A stretch of 64,000 bases of DNA. Origin: an uncultured delta proteobacterium (GTDB lineage Bacteria > Desulfobacterota > Desulfobacteria > Desulfobacterales > JAFDCJ01). Positions within the stretch are counted from its first letter, which is position 1. Each line of letters opens with the position of its first letter. The stretch lies in contig CAVRQG010000036.1 in NCBI GenBank assembly GCA_963723215.1, positions 903 to 64,902 of the forward strand, read 5' to 3'. Made by a program: the position numbers and the translations under genes. The notes beneath the pieces were generated by a model, which had not been told where the DNA came from, made no database searches, and was given only the letters and a program-made list of their open reading frames with translations. Shown piece after piece: positions 42,336-52,556 of this stretch.

Positions 42336-43085
42336 CTAGCGGAAAGTAAAATGCAGTCTGCTGATGTCACTGCGGTGAATTCCGTAGTAATATTCGAAGA
42401 CCCGACCGTCAGAAAGATAGGCGCAGGACTCGATGCCTAAAAGCGGCGTCCCCATGGAAACATTCAGAGAAGCAGCTTGTTTTGCGGTTGGCAATATGGC
42501 CTCGATCCATCGCTCGGACGAAGACGGCGCCAGTCCATAACTCCTTTTCAAAACATCATAGATGGATCGATTCCTGAGATTCACATTTTCGAAACCACTG
42601 ACGAGATCAGCCGGAAAAGACATATCAACCAGCATCCGCACCTGATCATCAATAATCATCAACCGCCGAATTTTAACGACGGATTGATGGGGATCCAATC
42701 GAAGCATTCTTTTTTCCCGGGCACTTGGTTTTGCCAGGGTTTGCTTGAGGATCTTTGTCACCACTTCCCGGCCCTTGCCAATCATTTCACCTGAAAAGCC
42801 GATGTTGGATCCGGCAAAATCCTGTTCTTCTTTTCGTCCGGATATAAAGGTTCCTTTTCCCTTGATGCGATAGACAAATCGATCATGCACCAATTCGTTC
42901 AGTGCTTCCCGCACCACGGTCCGCGATACACCATAGATCCTGCACAGTTCATGCTCTGAATGTATTTGAGAATCCGCTTGCAGTTGGCCGTCTTGAATTT
43001 GGCCCTGGAGTATGGATTTTAATTGCTTCCACAGCGGAACATCCGCATCCCGGCTGATGATAGTTTCTGATTTTAATTCCTGCAT
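42336..43085 (-). CDS. GntR (HutC/UTRA) family transcriptional regulator
   Basis: PLWKQL...SEHELCRIYGVSRTVVREAL...GKGTF wHTH plus UTRA domain. Confidence 0.92.
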   Translation of the reverse strand: MQELKSETIISRDADVPLWKQLKSILQGQIQDGQLQADSQIHSEHELCRIYGVSRTVVREALNELVHDRFVYRIKGKGTFISGRKEEQDFAGSNIGFSGEMIGKGREVVTKILKQTLAKPSAREKRMLRLDPHQSVVKIRRLMIIDDQVRMLVDMSFPADLVSGFENVNLRNRSIYDVLKRSYGLAPSSSERWIEAILPTAKQAASLNVSMGTPLLGIESCAYLSDGRVFEYYYGIHRSDISRLHFTFR

Positions 43086-43107
43086 TATTGTACCTGATCG
43101 GTTCAAC

Positions 43108-44235
43108 CTATATTTTAACCCATTCACGCCGTTTGACGGATTCCCGAACCTGTTCGATGACATGTTGAACATACAAGCCTTGGTCAAAATCCGGCTCACA
43201 GGGCACCCCTTTTGAAACACTACGAAGGAAATTAAAGAGACAGGCCACATGGGCCCGCATCCATCCAATGGAGAACTTAGGCCCTGGAAATTGGGTCTCC
43301 GGGTAACGCTGCCCGCAATCCACCGCGGTCCAGCCTTTCATGCCGCCCAGCGGCAGATCGGATATCCCGGCATCATAAAGGTCCAGTTGATGCGGATGCA
43401 TACTATTGAAACGGATTGCCCCCCTGGACCCGTGCAGCTCAAAGCGGAGTTCATCCTCCGTGCCGGTTGCGGTCTTGGTGGCTTCCAGCGTGCCAATGGC
43501 ACCGTTCTGCATACGGGCAATTATTTTAACACAGTCTTCAGCCTCCACGTTCTTCAATTGGGTCGGGTCTTCAGCGGATGGCCGCTGGGGGTATGCGATT
43601 CTTGACGCGGCAAAAAGACTGTCGTATTCTCCAAGCAGGGCGTGAATCAGATCAAAAACATGTGCTCCCAAATCCGCAATAACACCCCCACCGAACTCAG
43701 CAGAGAGCTTCCATTTTAAAGGGGTTTCGGGCACGGCATTGCCCGAATGCAGGTAAGAGGCCCTGAATTCATGAACATCCCCAAGAAACCCCTCACGGGC
43801 AAGTTGAACCGCTCTCATGGTAGCGGGAAAAAAGCGGTTCTGAAAGGTCATCTGGGCGGTTCCGGTATAGACGGACAGTGCCTGCTTGATTTGGGCGGCT
43901 TCCTCAGCATCCTTTACCAGCGGTTTATCACAGTAGATATGCTTGTTGTTCTTAATGGCAGACAGCAGCATGTCTTTATGGAGGTGGTTCGGTGTACAGA
44001 TGTGGACAATATCAACTTGAGGATTTTCCGTGATCTCCCGATAATCTGTCACCGGTGTATCCACCTGCACCTGGGCGCATCCTCTTTTGGCGGTTTCCAT
44101 ATTGGAGGTTCCGATATGGGTTATTCGGGTCCGAAAAGACAATTGCGGGTAGTAAACCGGGAGATTCAGATGGGCATAAGCGTGAACTTTGCCAATAAAG
44201 CCGAATCCGAGAATACCGACGTTGTAGGTTTTCAT
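43108..44235 (-). CDS. Gfo/Idh/MocA family oxidoreductase
   Basis: GILGFGFIG, ICTPNHLH, YCDKP, GGGVIADLGAH. Confidence 0.92.
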   Translation of the reverse strand: MKTYNVGILGFGFIGKVHAYAHLNLPVYYPQLSFRTRITHIGTSNMETAKRGCAQVQVDTPVTDYREITENPQVDIVHICTPNHLHKDMLLSAIKNNKHIYCDKPLVKDAEEAAQIKQALSVYTGTAQMTFQNRFFPATMRAVQLAREGFLGDVHEFRASYLHSGNAVPETPLKWKLSAEFGGGVIADLGAHVFDLIHALLGEYDSLFAASRIAYPQRPSAEDPTQLKNVEAEDCVKIIARMQNGAIGTLEATKTATGTEDELRFELHGSRGAIRFNSMHPHQLDLYDAGISDLPLGGMKGWTAVDCGQRYPETQFPGPKFSIGWMRAHVACLFNFLRSVSKGVPCEPDFDQGLYVQHVIEQVRESVKRREWVKI

Positions 44236-44243
44236 AGTAAGTT

Positions 44244-45287
44244 TCAATCCTGATGCGATGACATCCCGGACAGCACCAGCTTGCCGATCATATTACCAGT
44301 TTCGATTTTCCCATGTGCTTTACGAAGATTTTCTGCAGTCAACGGCCCATAGTTTTCGGTCATCGTTGTCTTGAGAAGACCCTCGTCAAGGAATCGGCCG
44401 GCTTCGTTGAGCAGGTCGTGCTGAGCCTGCATGTCCGGGGTGTTATACATCGATCTCGTAAACATCAGTTCCCACATAAAGCCCACGCTTTTGCTCTGGA
44501 AGAGATTGATGTTCACCGGCCGGCTGTTTTTGGTCTCTACGATCGTACAGATTTTTCCCTGGGGTCTGATGACATCGGCCATGTTTTGAATATGCATCTC
44601 GGTGCTGTTGAAGCACAGAATGTAATCCACCTCATCGGTGCCGATCCGTTTGAACTCTTCTGCAAAGGGCTTATGATGATTGATGATCTCATCAGCACCG
44701 TTGTCTCGGCACCACTGAGCAGAATCGTCTCTGGAAGCCGTCGCGATGACTTTGCAGCCGGCCACCTTTTTTGCCAGCTGGATGGCTATCGAACCGACGC
44801 CTCCCGCACCTCCGATAACAAGAATCGATCGTTGGCCCTGCTTTGCTGGAGCGGATCTTTCAACACCCAACCGGTCAAAAATTGCTTCCCAGGCCGTGAT
44901 GGTCGTCAACGGCATGGCCGCCGCCTGTTCAAATGAGAGCGAGGTTGGTTTGCTTCCGACGATGCGTTCGTCCACCAGGTGGTATTGGCTGTTGCAGCCC
45001 GGCCGGGTAATATCACCGGCGTAATACACTTCATCACCTGTCTTGAACAGTGAAACGTCACTGCCGACCCTCTCGACCACCCCGGCTGCGTCCCAGCCAA
45101 TTATACGCGGCTCCGTCTCCACCGTCTCCAGCCGCGAACGAACTTTAACGTCAACCGGGTTGACCGAAATCGCTTTAACCCGTACGAGCAAATCTCTGCC
45201 GCCAGGCTCAGGCGTGGGAACCTCAACTTCCACTAAACTTTCCGGATCTTCCACCGGCAAGTATTGGTAAAAACCGATCGCTTTCAT
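44244..45287 (-). CDS. Zinc-type alcohol dehydrogenase-like (MDR/quinone reductase-like) protein
   Basis: AISVNPVDVK, GWDAAGVV, PLTTITAWE, GGAGGVGS. Confidence 0.9.
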   Translation of the reverse strand: MKAIGFYQYLPVEDPESLVEVEVPTPEPGGRDLLVRVKAISVNPVDVKVRSRLETVETEPRIIGWDAAGVVERVGSDVSLFKTGDEVYYAGDITRPGCNSQYHLVDERIVGSKPTSLSFEQAAAMPLTTITAWEAIFDRLGVERSAPAKQGQRSILVIGGAGGVGSIAIQLAKKVAGCKVIATASRDDSAQWCRDNGADEIINHHKPFAEEFKRIGTDEVDYILCFNSTEMHIQNMADVIRPQGKICTIVETKNSRPVNINLFQSKSVGFMWELMFTRSMYNTPDMQAQHDLLNEAGRFLDEGLLKTTMTENYGPLTAENLRKAHGKIETGNMIGKLVLSGMSSHQD

Positions 45288-45291
45288 GGTA

Positions 45292-46167
45292 TTATTGCTC
45301 CTGTTTTAAGGTGTTGTACAAGTCGAACGCTTTTTCAGGCTTTTCCATGTCATGCACCACGGCCCGCACCGCCTGGATCATTGCGATGGGATCTCCGGCC
45401 TGGAAAATGTTGCGGCCCATATCCACGCCGGAGGCCCCCTGATCAATCGCCTGGTAGGCCATTTTCAAGGCGTCCAGCTCGGGCAGCTTCTTGCCGCCGG
45501 CCAGTACGATGGGCACCGGGCAGGTCGCAGCCACCTGCTCAAAACCTTCACAGAAATAGGTTTTGACAACATGGGCACCGTTTTCGGCACACACCCGCGA
45601 AGCCATGGAAAGATAGCGGGCGTCGCGGGCCATTTCTTTGCCCACGGCGGTGACACCCAAGGTTGGAATCCCATAGCGCGATCCCAGGTCAACCGTACGG
45701 GTCAGGTTTCGGATGGTAGTGGCTTCATAACGATCGCCGACAGCCACCATGACGGCCAGCAGGGACGCGTTGAGGCGCACCGCCTCTTCGATGTCCATGA
45801 GGCACTCATCGTTTAATTCCGTCAGGACCGTCGTCCCGGACGAGTAGCGCAACGAGACGGGTTTGCCGGCGGTCGGCGGCACAATTGTGCGCAGAGCGCC
45901 GCGGGTGCACATGATGCAGTCGGCATATTCGATCAGCGGTACAATCGTCAGGTCCATCCGCTCCAGTCCGGAGGTCGGTCCCATCAGGTAACCGTGGTCA
46001 AAGGCCAGCATCACCGTGTGGCCCGATACGGGATTGAATATACGAGCCAGTCTGTCTTTCATGCCCCATTCCAGGGAATTGGATCCTTTTAAAAAAAACC
46101 CTTCTGCTTTCTGGGGCGTATCCGTATAGTATTTTTTCCCTTCTTTCAATTCATCAGCATCTGGCAT
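45292..46167 (-). CDS. lsrF: LsrF-type thiolase / class I aldolase family
   Basis: WGMKDRLARIF, MLAFDHGY.MGPTSGLER, VTAVGK..RDARY, VKTY, AGGKKLPE, GVDMGRNIFQ. Confidence 0.88.
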   Translation of the reverse strand: MPDADELKEGKKYYTDTPQKAEGFFLKGSNSLEWGMKDRLARIFNPVSGHTVMLAFDHGYLMGPTSGLERMDLTIVPLIEYADCIMCTRGALRTIVPPTAGKPVSLRYSSGTTVLTELNDECLMDIEEAVRLNASLLAVMVAVGDRYEATTIRNLTRTVDLGSRYGIPTLGVTAVGKEMARDARYLSMASRVCAENGAHVVKTYFCEGFEQVAATCPVPIVLAGGKKLPELDALKMAYQAIDQGASGVDMGRNIFQAGDPIAMIQAVRAVVHDMEKPEKAFDLYNTLKQEQ

Positions 46168-46312
46168 GGTTTGTCCTCCTTTTCTTTAGATTGATAGTAA
46201 TTACTTTTATGCATCTTATGGCAAAACACTGTTGTCCCCAAGACACTCAGACACAACGATAAATTTTTGCCAACTGTATTATTTTGTGTCTCAGATCCTA
46301 ATCAGCATAGAA

Positions 46313-47174
46313 TCAGCCGGCATAAGCCATAAGTTTCCGGCGATTTTCTTCTCCAATGCCGGTTACCTCGTCTTCCAATCCGATACTCAATCCGATCAGC
46401 TGTGAAATAAGGACCGAGGGAATAATCCGATCGCCATTTTGCGAGATGAATTCAGATTGATTCTTTGGTTCGAATTGCATCTGGCAGTAAGTGCACGCCG
46501 TGCACACAACATCAGCCCCAGCCTGTTCGGCATTCAATAATTTTCTTTGCATCTGTTTCAGGGCAAGCTTTCGGTTTTTGTCCCATTGCGGGTTCCCGCA
46601 GCATTCCGTGCTCATGGACCAGAAAACACTCTCGGCACCGGTCAGCGCCACAAGATCGTTAAAAATACCGGGGGCCAGCGGGTCGTCGAACCGGGTCACA
46701 TTAGCAGGGCGCAAGGCATGGCAGCCGGTGTGGACGGCTACTTTTAATCCGTCAAACGGATTCACGACCGCAGCGTTGAGGGTGTTGACACCGATGTCCT
46801 GGTGCAAGACCGTTAAAAGATGTTTGACGTTTATCCGGCCCTCCCACTGCAGCCCCTCCGGTCGAAGCATGGCATTGATTTGATCTTTGATTTCCGGGCG
46901 TTGCTTTAAATAGTGTTCAGCGAATTTAAGACTCCCGATAGCAACACTTGCAGGGCGTTACAATGTCAGTGTTTTTCTGCTCGGCCAGGGCCAGGTTCCG
47001 GACACCTGCAAAAAGAAATGATTGAAAATCGATATCGCGCACCGGATAGCCGCAGCAATTGAATTCCAGGTCCAGCAGCTCAATGCCGAATCTTTTCAGC
47101 AGCGTCACGGTTGAGTTGCCGTATTCCGGCAAATAATAAGGGATTTTACACCCCGCAAAAAGACTATAAGCCAT
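46313..47174 (-). CDS. HdrB-like CCG-domain Fe-S protein, frameshifted near 46938
   Basis: FAGC, NCCG, TPCKCC, HTGCHALRP, ECCG, CTACTYCQMQF; removing one base gives CC.GSLKFAEHYL. Confidence 0.85.
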
Positions 47175-47196
47175 CAGTCCATTTTCCTTTGATAAT

Positions 47197-47333
47197 TTGG
47201 TTGACTGGTAAATTGGGTGACTGGCTAAATTAGTTAATTGGTTGACTGGTTAATTAGATGACTGGTTGATTGGTTCAGATGGATTACATCCTTTTTAACT
47301 TAATCAACTATTTAACCAATCAACTAATCAACT
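47197..47333. repeat. Octamer tandem repeats as an inverted pair, same family as 22015-22184
   Basis: TTGGTTGACTGGTAAATTGGGTGACTGG...TTGATTGGTT ... AATCAACTATTTAACCAATCAACTAATCAAC. Confidence 0.75.
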
Positions 47334-49025
47334 ATCCGCCTTGTACCACTTCAGCCTGCCTCAATCCTTGATAGCCTCTATTCCTGAGTTCATACATCAT
47401 TTCGGCAACCGGAATCCCTTTGGGACAATGCTCCTGGCATTTAAAGCACATAAAACAATCCCAGGTCATCTTCGAATTCAAGGCCCGCTCCGTGATACCG
47501 AGCCGATAGGTATTCACAATCTGCTGGGGAGTAACATCCAGAAAACCCATCAGTTGAGGGTTCTGCTGGTAACCGGCAACCACCGGACATACATTGGTGC
47601 AGGTCCCGCATTGAATACAGGCCGAAAAGGACGCCGGGCTGCCGGCATAGTCCAGCAAACAGGGTTCAGGACCGGCTGGGACAGCAGATATCCCGGCCGG
47701 CTTGGGAGCCCTGCCGCCCGAAGGCCACCCCATTTCGCAACCTGCTGATAGGGTGCCGACGGTCCAAGTAAGGCCAGGTCGTCTTTGACTGCCAGCCATA
47801 AATCTTGTAAATTGATACCAGCCGGGCAAACCTGGGTGCAGCGATAACATTCGGTACAGATAAAGCTGCCTTCATTAAAATCGGACAATTGGGAACCAGT
47901 TTTTAATTCTTTGCGAACATACTCTTTTAAGGACCCTAGTTTGTGGGAAGGAAGAATATCCAGGTTCCCCAGCACTCGGTGAATCGGTTCCACCGAGCAA
48001 TGCAGGCTGCATTGACCGCAGTTCATACACGCATCCAGGGAGATAACCCGCCGCGTAATCCGGTTGGCCGGCTGCAAATCTTGATTATCTTCCAGGCTGC
48101 GCACCATTAAGCTGACCGAACTGGTGAAAAGATGCATAAACTTGCTGAAAGGCAAATAGGCCAGCATCCCAAAGCAGCATAGGAAATGAACCTGCCACAG
48201 GATAAGATCGAGTCGAATCGAATTTGCCCAGACGCCCACCGGTTTGATTATTTCACTGATCGGATTCGATACAAACGCGGCGGCCGGCTGGGCATGGCAG
48301 TCGACACAGCTTTCCAGGTGAGCTTCCCGGCCGGCTTCGATGAGGTCCGGGTTGTTTAGATCGGGCGCAAGGGCAAAAACAACACCGTGATATTTGGCCC
48401 AATAACTTTGCAAGGCTGCCAGGGCTTCAGGATCCTCCGGGTCGGCGTAATCTTCAACCATCTCATCAAAAACAGGCTCCGAAACAATCTGACTGGCTTC
48501 AAGAAAAAATCCTGAAAATAAAGTTATCGATAGCAGCACCAGTGCCAGAATGTCATGGGAGGTTGAGAGTTTTTTTAATTTCCTCGAAGACAGGCGGCGA
48601 TAGCCGGCGATCACAATACCCAGCAGCACCATGGCGCCGAATAGATTTCTTAAAAAGAGAAATGGGTTAACGGTCGGATGGTAATCCGAAAACAAGTTGG
48701 CCGAAATCTGGTCATCCAGCGCATGCAATAATACAAGCAGCAAGATGCCGGCAAAGATACTAAAATGCATTATCCAACGCCAGGGATCCTTTTTGAGAAG
48801 GTGTCCCTGAAAAATAACCTGCACGAAAAATGCACGAAACAACCGCAAGAGGTTGCGGCTGAAAATAACCGAAAACAAGCCGGCAAGCGCCCGATATATT
48901 CGGGTTCGGACTGCAAATTGACCGGCATCCGGGCCGATCTTTACCGTAAACCATCGGATGACCCGGTAAATGATTCCCAGAATGAAAACTGCCAGTGCCA
49001 GATAAAATGTTATCGAAAATAGCAT
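47332..49025 (-). CDS. Membrane Fe-S oxidoreductase: NarI/DsrM-like TM domain plus two HdrC-like 2x[4Fe-4S] domains, frameshifted near 47665
   Basis: RWIMH, HALD, HFL, LPFSKFMH heme-b His pattern; CMNCGQCSLHC, CTECYRCTQVCP, CIQCGTCTNVCP, CFMCFKCQEHCP; periplasmic-loop CVDCH. Confidence 0.82.
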
Positions 49026-49086
49026 GTTATCTTACCATTTCGGAAGTACCACAAATTGTTGGAGTTCAACTTATAATCCCCACTTC

Positions 49087-49100
49087 CTTGTAATTACAAG
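49087..49100. promoter_or_regulatory. Palindromic operator CTTGTAATTACAAG
   Basis: Perfect 14-bp palindrome in the divergent promoter region; second copy at 49286. Confidence 0.65.
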
Positions 49101-49285
49101 ATAGCCATGTCCAATGTCAACTATTATTTTATTTTTTTTTGCCTTGCGAGATGGTATCCAAATCGTATTCTAATTATAAAATATCTATTTTCAACACATA
49201 ATGAGGTTTGAATTGACAAAAAAAAATATTTTTTTCATCCTATTTCACATTATTTAGCTTGACATCATCTATTGATTTCCCTATT

Positions 49286-49299
49286 CTTGTCATTACAAG
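49286..49299. promoter_or_regulatory. Second operator copy CTTGTCATTACAAG
   Basis: 13/14 match to 49087; lies just downstream of TTGACA at 49259. Confidence 0.6.
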
Positions 49300-49508
49300 T
49301 TGTCGATTTTACCTTGTTCTTAATAATGGTTAGTAGAGGGATCCGTGTAATCTGCGGCTTAAAAAAAGACAAGAATAAGCATAAAAATATGCGTAACATA
49401 AAACATTAATCCGCCAGACGTTCGATAAAGCGGCTTTATTCAGTATTATTAAAGATCAAATTTCAACCCTGAATGTACTCTTTTCAGGGCGGATTAATAG
49501 GAAAAAAT

Positions 49509-51175
49509 ATGACTTTAAAAACCCAGGTTCTGATTATCGGCGGCGGGATAACCGGTACGGCCATAGCGCGCGATCTGGCGTTGCGCGGTGTCCACGGCAT
49601 TTTAATTGATCGCAGCCATATCAATGCAGGCGCATCGGGCTCCAATCACGGGGTCCTGCATTCCGGGGCACGCTATGTTGCCAGTGATCCGGAGTCATCA
49701 CGCGAATGTAAGGAAGAAAATGAACTGCTTAAAAAACTGGCGCCACACTGCATCGAAGACACCGGGGGCTTTTATGTCGCGGTCAAAGAAGATGATGAAA
49801 AATATCTGGCCGATTTTGCGAATTTATGCGGGAAATGCGGCGTGCCTTGCGATCCTTTGGATATCAAGGATGTCCTTGAGATGGAGCCCGTGCTTTCGAA
49901 AGATATCATCGCCGCATACCGCACCGAAGATTCCAGCATCGATCCCTTTCGCTTTTCCTACGAAAACCTGGCCTACGCAGTAAAGTGCGGGCATGCTTTT
50001 ATGCCGTATACCGAGGTGAGTCGTTTTGAAATCGGCAGCAAGAAAATTCAATCCGTAAAAGTTAAAGGATGTGTTTACGGGACGGGAGCAAACCATCGAA
50101 GCAGAAGAGATCGTCAATGCTGCCGGAGCCTGGGTCGGACAGGTGGCCGCCCTTGCCAACGCTTCCATTGAAATTCTTTACTCCAAGGGCATCTTCCTCG
50201 TCACCCATTCACAGATTGGCGCAGCATCTGCTGCTGCGCCTGCGCCCACCTTCAGACGGTGATGTATTGTGTCCCGGCGGAACCGTTTCAATTCTCGGTC
50301 CTTCATCTGTCCGCCTGACGTCGCCGGATGATATCAAGCCGACCATTGAAGAAGTCGATCATATCATCAACCAGGGAGTCCCCATCGTTCCATCTTTAAA
50401 GCAATCCCGCTATATTCGGGCTTTTTCCGGTGTCCGTCCGCTAATCGCCAAAAAAAAAACAGAGGGCTCAACTGACGATCGAAAAATCAGCCGGGGATTC
50501 GATCTGATCGATCACAGCGCCGATGGGTGTTGATAATTTTCTAACCGTTGCCGGAGGTAAGCTATCAATCTTTCGCCTGATGGCTGAGCGCGTTTCCGAT
50601 CAGGTTTGCGCCCGCCTGAAGATCGACGCGCCCTGCCGCACCCGGAATTGAACCCCTGCCGTCCACCTTGAACTGCGAATGGACCGAACCGGGTCTGTCG
50701 CCCAAAACCTGGTTGGAGAAGCAGCAGCCCGATGATTATCATCCTGTGCGAATGTGAGATGGTGCCCAAAAGCGCGGTCCAATCCATTCTTAACAATTCG
50801 GACATTCAAAGTGAATCGGTTTTGCTTCACAATATCGGCGCCCGCAGCCGAATCGGCAAAGGCGCTTGCCAGGGAACCTATTGCGGGCTTCGCATAACCG
50901 CCCAACTATATAGCCAGGGTACATTTCAGCAGGATCAGGGTATCGCCGACCTTACTCACTTTACCAATTCACGCTGGAAAGGGCAGCGCGCGGTGCTCTT
51001 CGGCGAACAGCTCAAGCAGGCCGAATTGCAGGAGGCCATATACTGCGGGCTGTTTGACCTTGAACTTCCAAACCCGGCTAAGCAGGAACCCAAAAGGCAG
51101 ATTAATCACGAAAGTACAAATGACGAAAACAGAATAAGATTAATTTCGTTGTTTCTATCTTTCGTGTTTTCGTGA
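49509..51175 (+). CDS. glpA: Anaerobic glycerol-3-phosphate dehydrogenase subunit A, about 5 frameshifts
   Basis: IIGGGITG..IARDLALRG, NHGVLHSGARY, VNAAGAW, GVRPL, GGK, CECE...GACQGTYC BFD-like domain; frame breaks near 50065, 50209, 50526, 50646 and 50736. Confidence 0.88.
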
Positions 51176-51177
51176 TG
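51103..51177. repeat. Nine-periodic REP-like inverted repeat
   Basis: ATCACGAAAGTACAAATGACGAAA ... TTTCGTTGTTTCTATCTTTCGTGTTTTCGTGAT. Confidence 0.6.
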
Positions 51178-51230
51178 AAAATATTTTTTTTATAAAATGA
51201 CTAACGGAACAGGCAGAAGAGACGCCAAAA

Positions 51231-52518
51231 ATGACTGATGCAACCAATCAAAAATATGACCTTGCCATCATCGGCACTGGGATGGCGGGAATGGCCGCGG
51301 CCGTGTTTGCAGTCAACCGCGGAATTTCAACCGTGATAGTGGGATCCTTGGGGGAATCCTGGTTTACCAGCGGTCTGATTGATCTGATGGGGGTCCACCC
51401 AATCCGCAGACGGTAAAACCTGGCATGATCCCTGGGCGGCTATTCAAGCCGTCTGTGAAGATATCCCCGATCATCCATACGCACGTTTGCCCAAGGAAGA
51501 TATTAAAGCCGCACTGCAGGAATTTTATGCCTTTTTAAGCGATGCCGACCTGCCCTATCGTTCTCAGGACGATCGGAATTCTGATTTAATCACCGCCTTC
51601 GGTGCCATCAAGACAACCCATGGCGTCCCCCAGACCATGTGGCCGGGTGTGACGGCATTTTCCCGCAAAGCCCCTTGCTTAATTGTCGATCTGCAGGGCC
51701 TCAAAGGCTTCAGCGCCCGCCTGCTGGCCGAGCGACTGAACCCGGAGTGGCCCGGCCTGAGAGCCCTGAGCATTCCATCTATATACAGCGAGCAGGCCCA
51801 TGAGATAAACCCGCTACCACTTGCCCAGGATCTGGAAATTGCGGAATATCGCCAAAAATTGGCCGAGTTAATCAGGCCCCATGCGAAGGATGTCGAATTT
51901 ATTGGACTGCCGGCCGTGTTGGGTATCCACCAGGTCAACAAGGTTGTCCATGAATTGGGCGAACTGCTGGAAAAGCCCGTGTTTGAAATTCCGACCATAC
52001 CGCCTTCCATTCCAGGATTACGTCTCAAGGAAGCCTTCCTGCGATTTTTGCCGGCCAAAGGGGCACACTGTATGTTCCAGAAGCACGTCTTAAAGGCGAC
52101 ACCGACTGCAGATGGGGCGTTTTTACTGGACGTCGGTCGAACCGAGCATGAGGCTGAAATCAAAGCCGACGGTGTTCTGCTTGCAACCGGCCGGTTTCTG
52201 GGCGGCGGGCTGCTATCCGATCACACGACCGTATCGGAGTCCCTTTTTGATCTGCCGGTATTTCAACCGGAGAATAGAGAACTGTGGCACGGCGATCGAC
52301 TACTTCAACCAAGCGGTCATGCCGTCAACCAGGCCGGTCTGGAAACCGACGCCATGATGCGGCCGCTGGATGCCGGCGGACGCCCGGCGTTTGAAAAACT
52401 TTTTGCCGCCGGCATCATTCTGGCCCATCAGGACTGGACTCGCATGAAGTGCGGTTCGGGTCTGTCCGTGGCAACCGCTTATGGCGCCGTCAAATCACTT
52501 AATAGCCTCGGTCTCTAG
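51231..52518 (+). CDS. glpB: Anaerobic glycerol-3-phosphate dehydrogenase subunit B, frameshifted near 51404
   Basis: IIGTGMAG, SGLIDL, PDHPY, LPAVLG, EIPTIPPSIPGLRL, LATGRFLGGGL, CGSG. Confidence 0.88.
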
Positions 52519-52556
52519 CAGATGTCTTTTGTAATCAAAAATGAGGTGTCTCAGTA

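Noticed and set aside
50520-50660. TGA codons in glpA as selenocysteine or programmed frameshift sites
   Set aside because: Homology continues in a different frame after each, and no slippery heptamer or SECIS-like hairpin is evident; single-base insertions explain them
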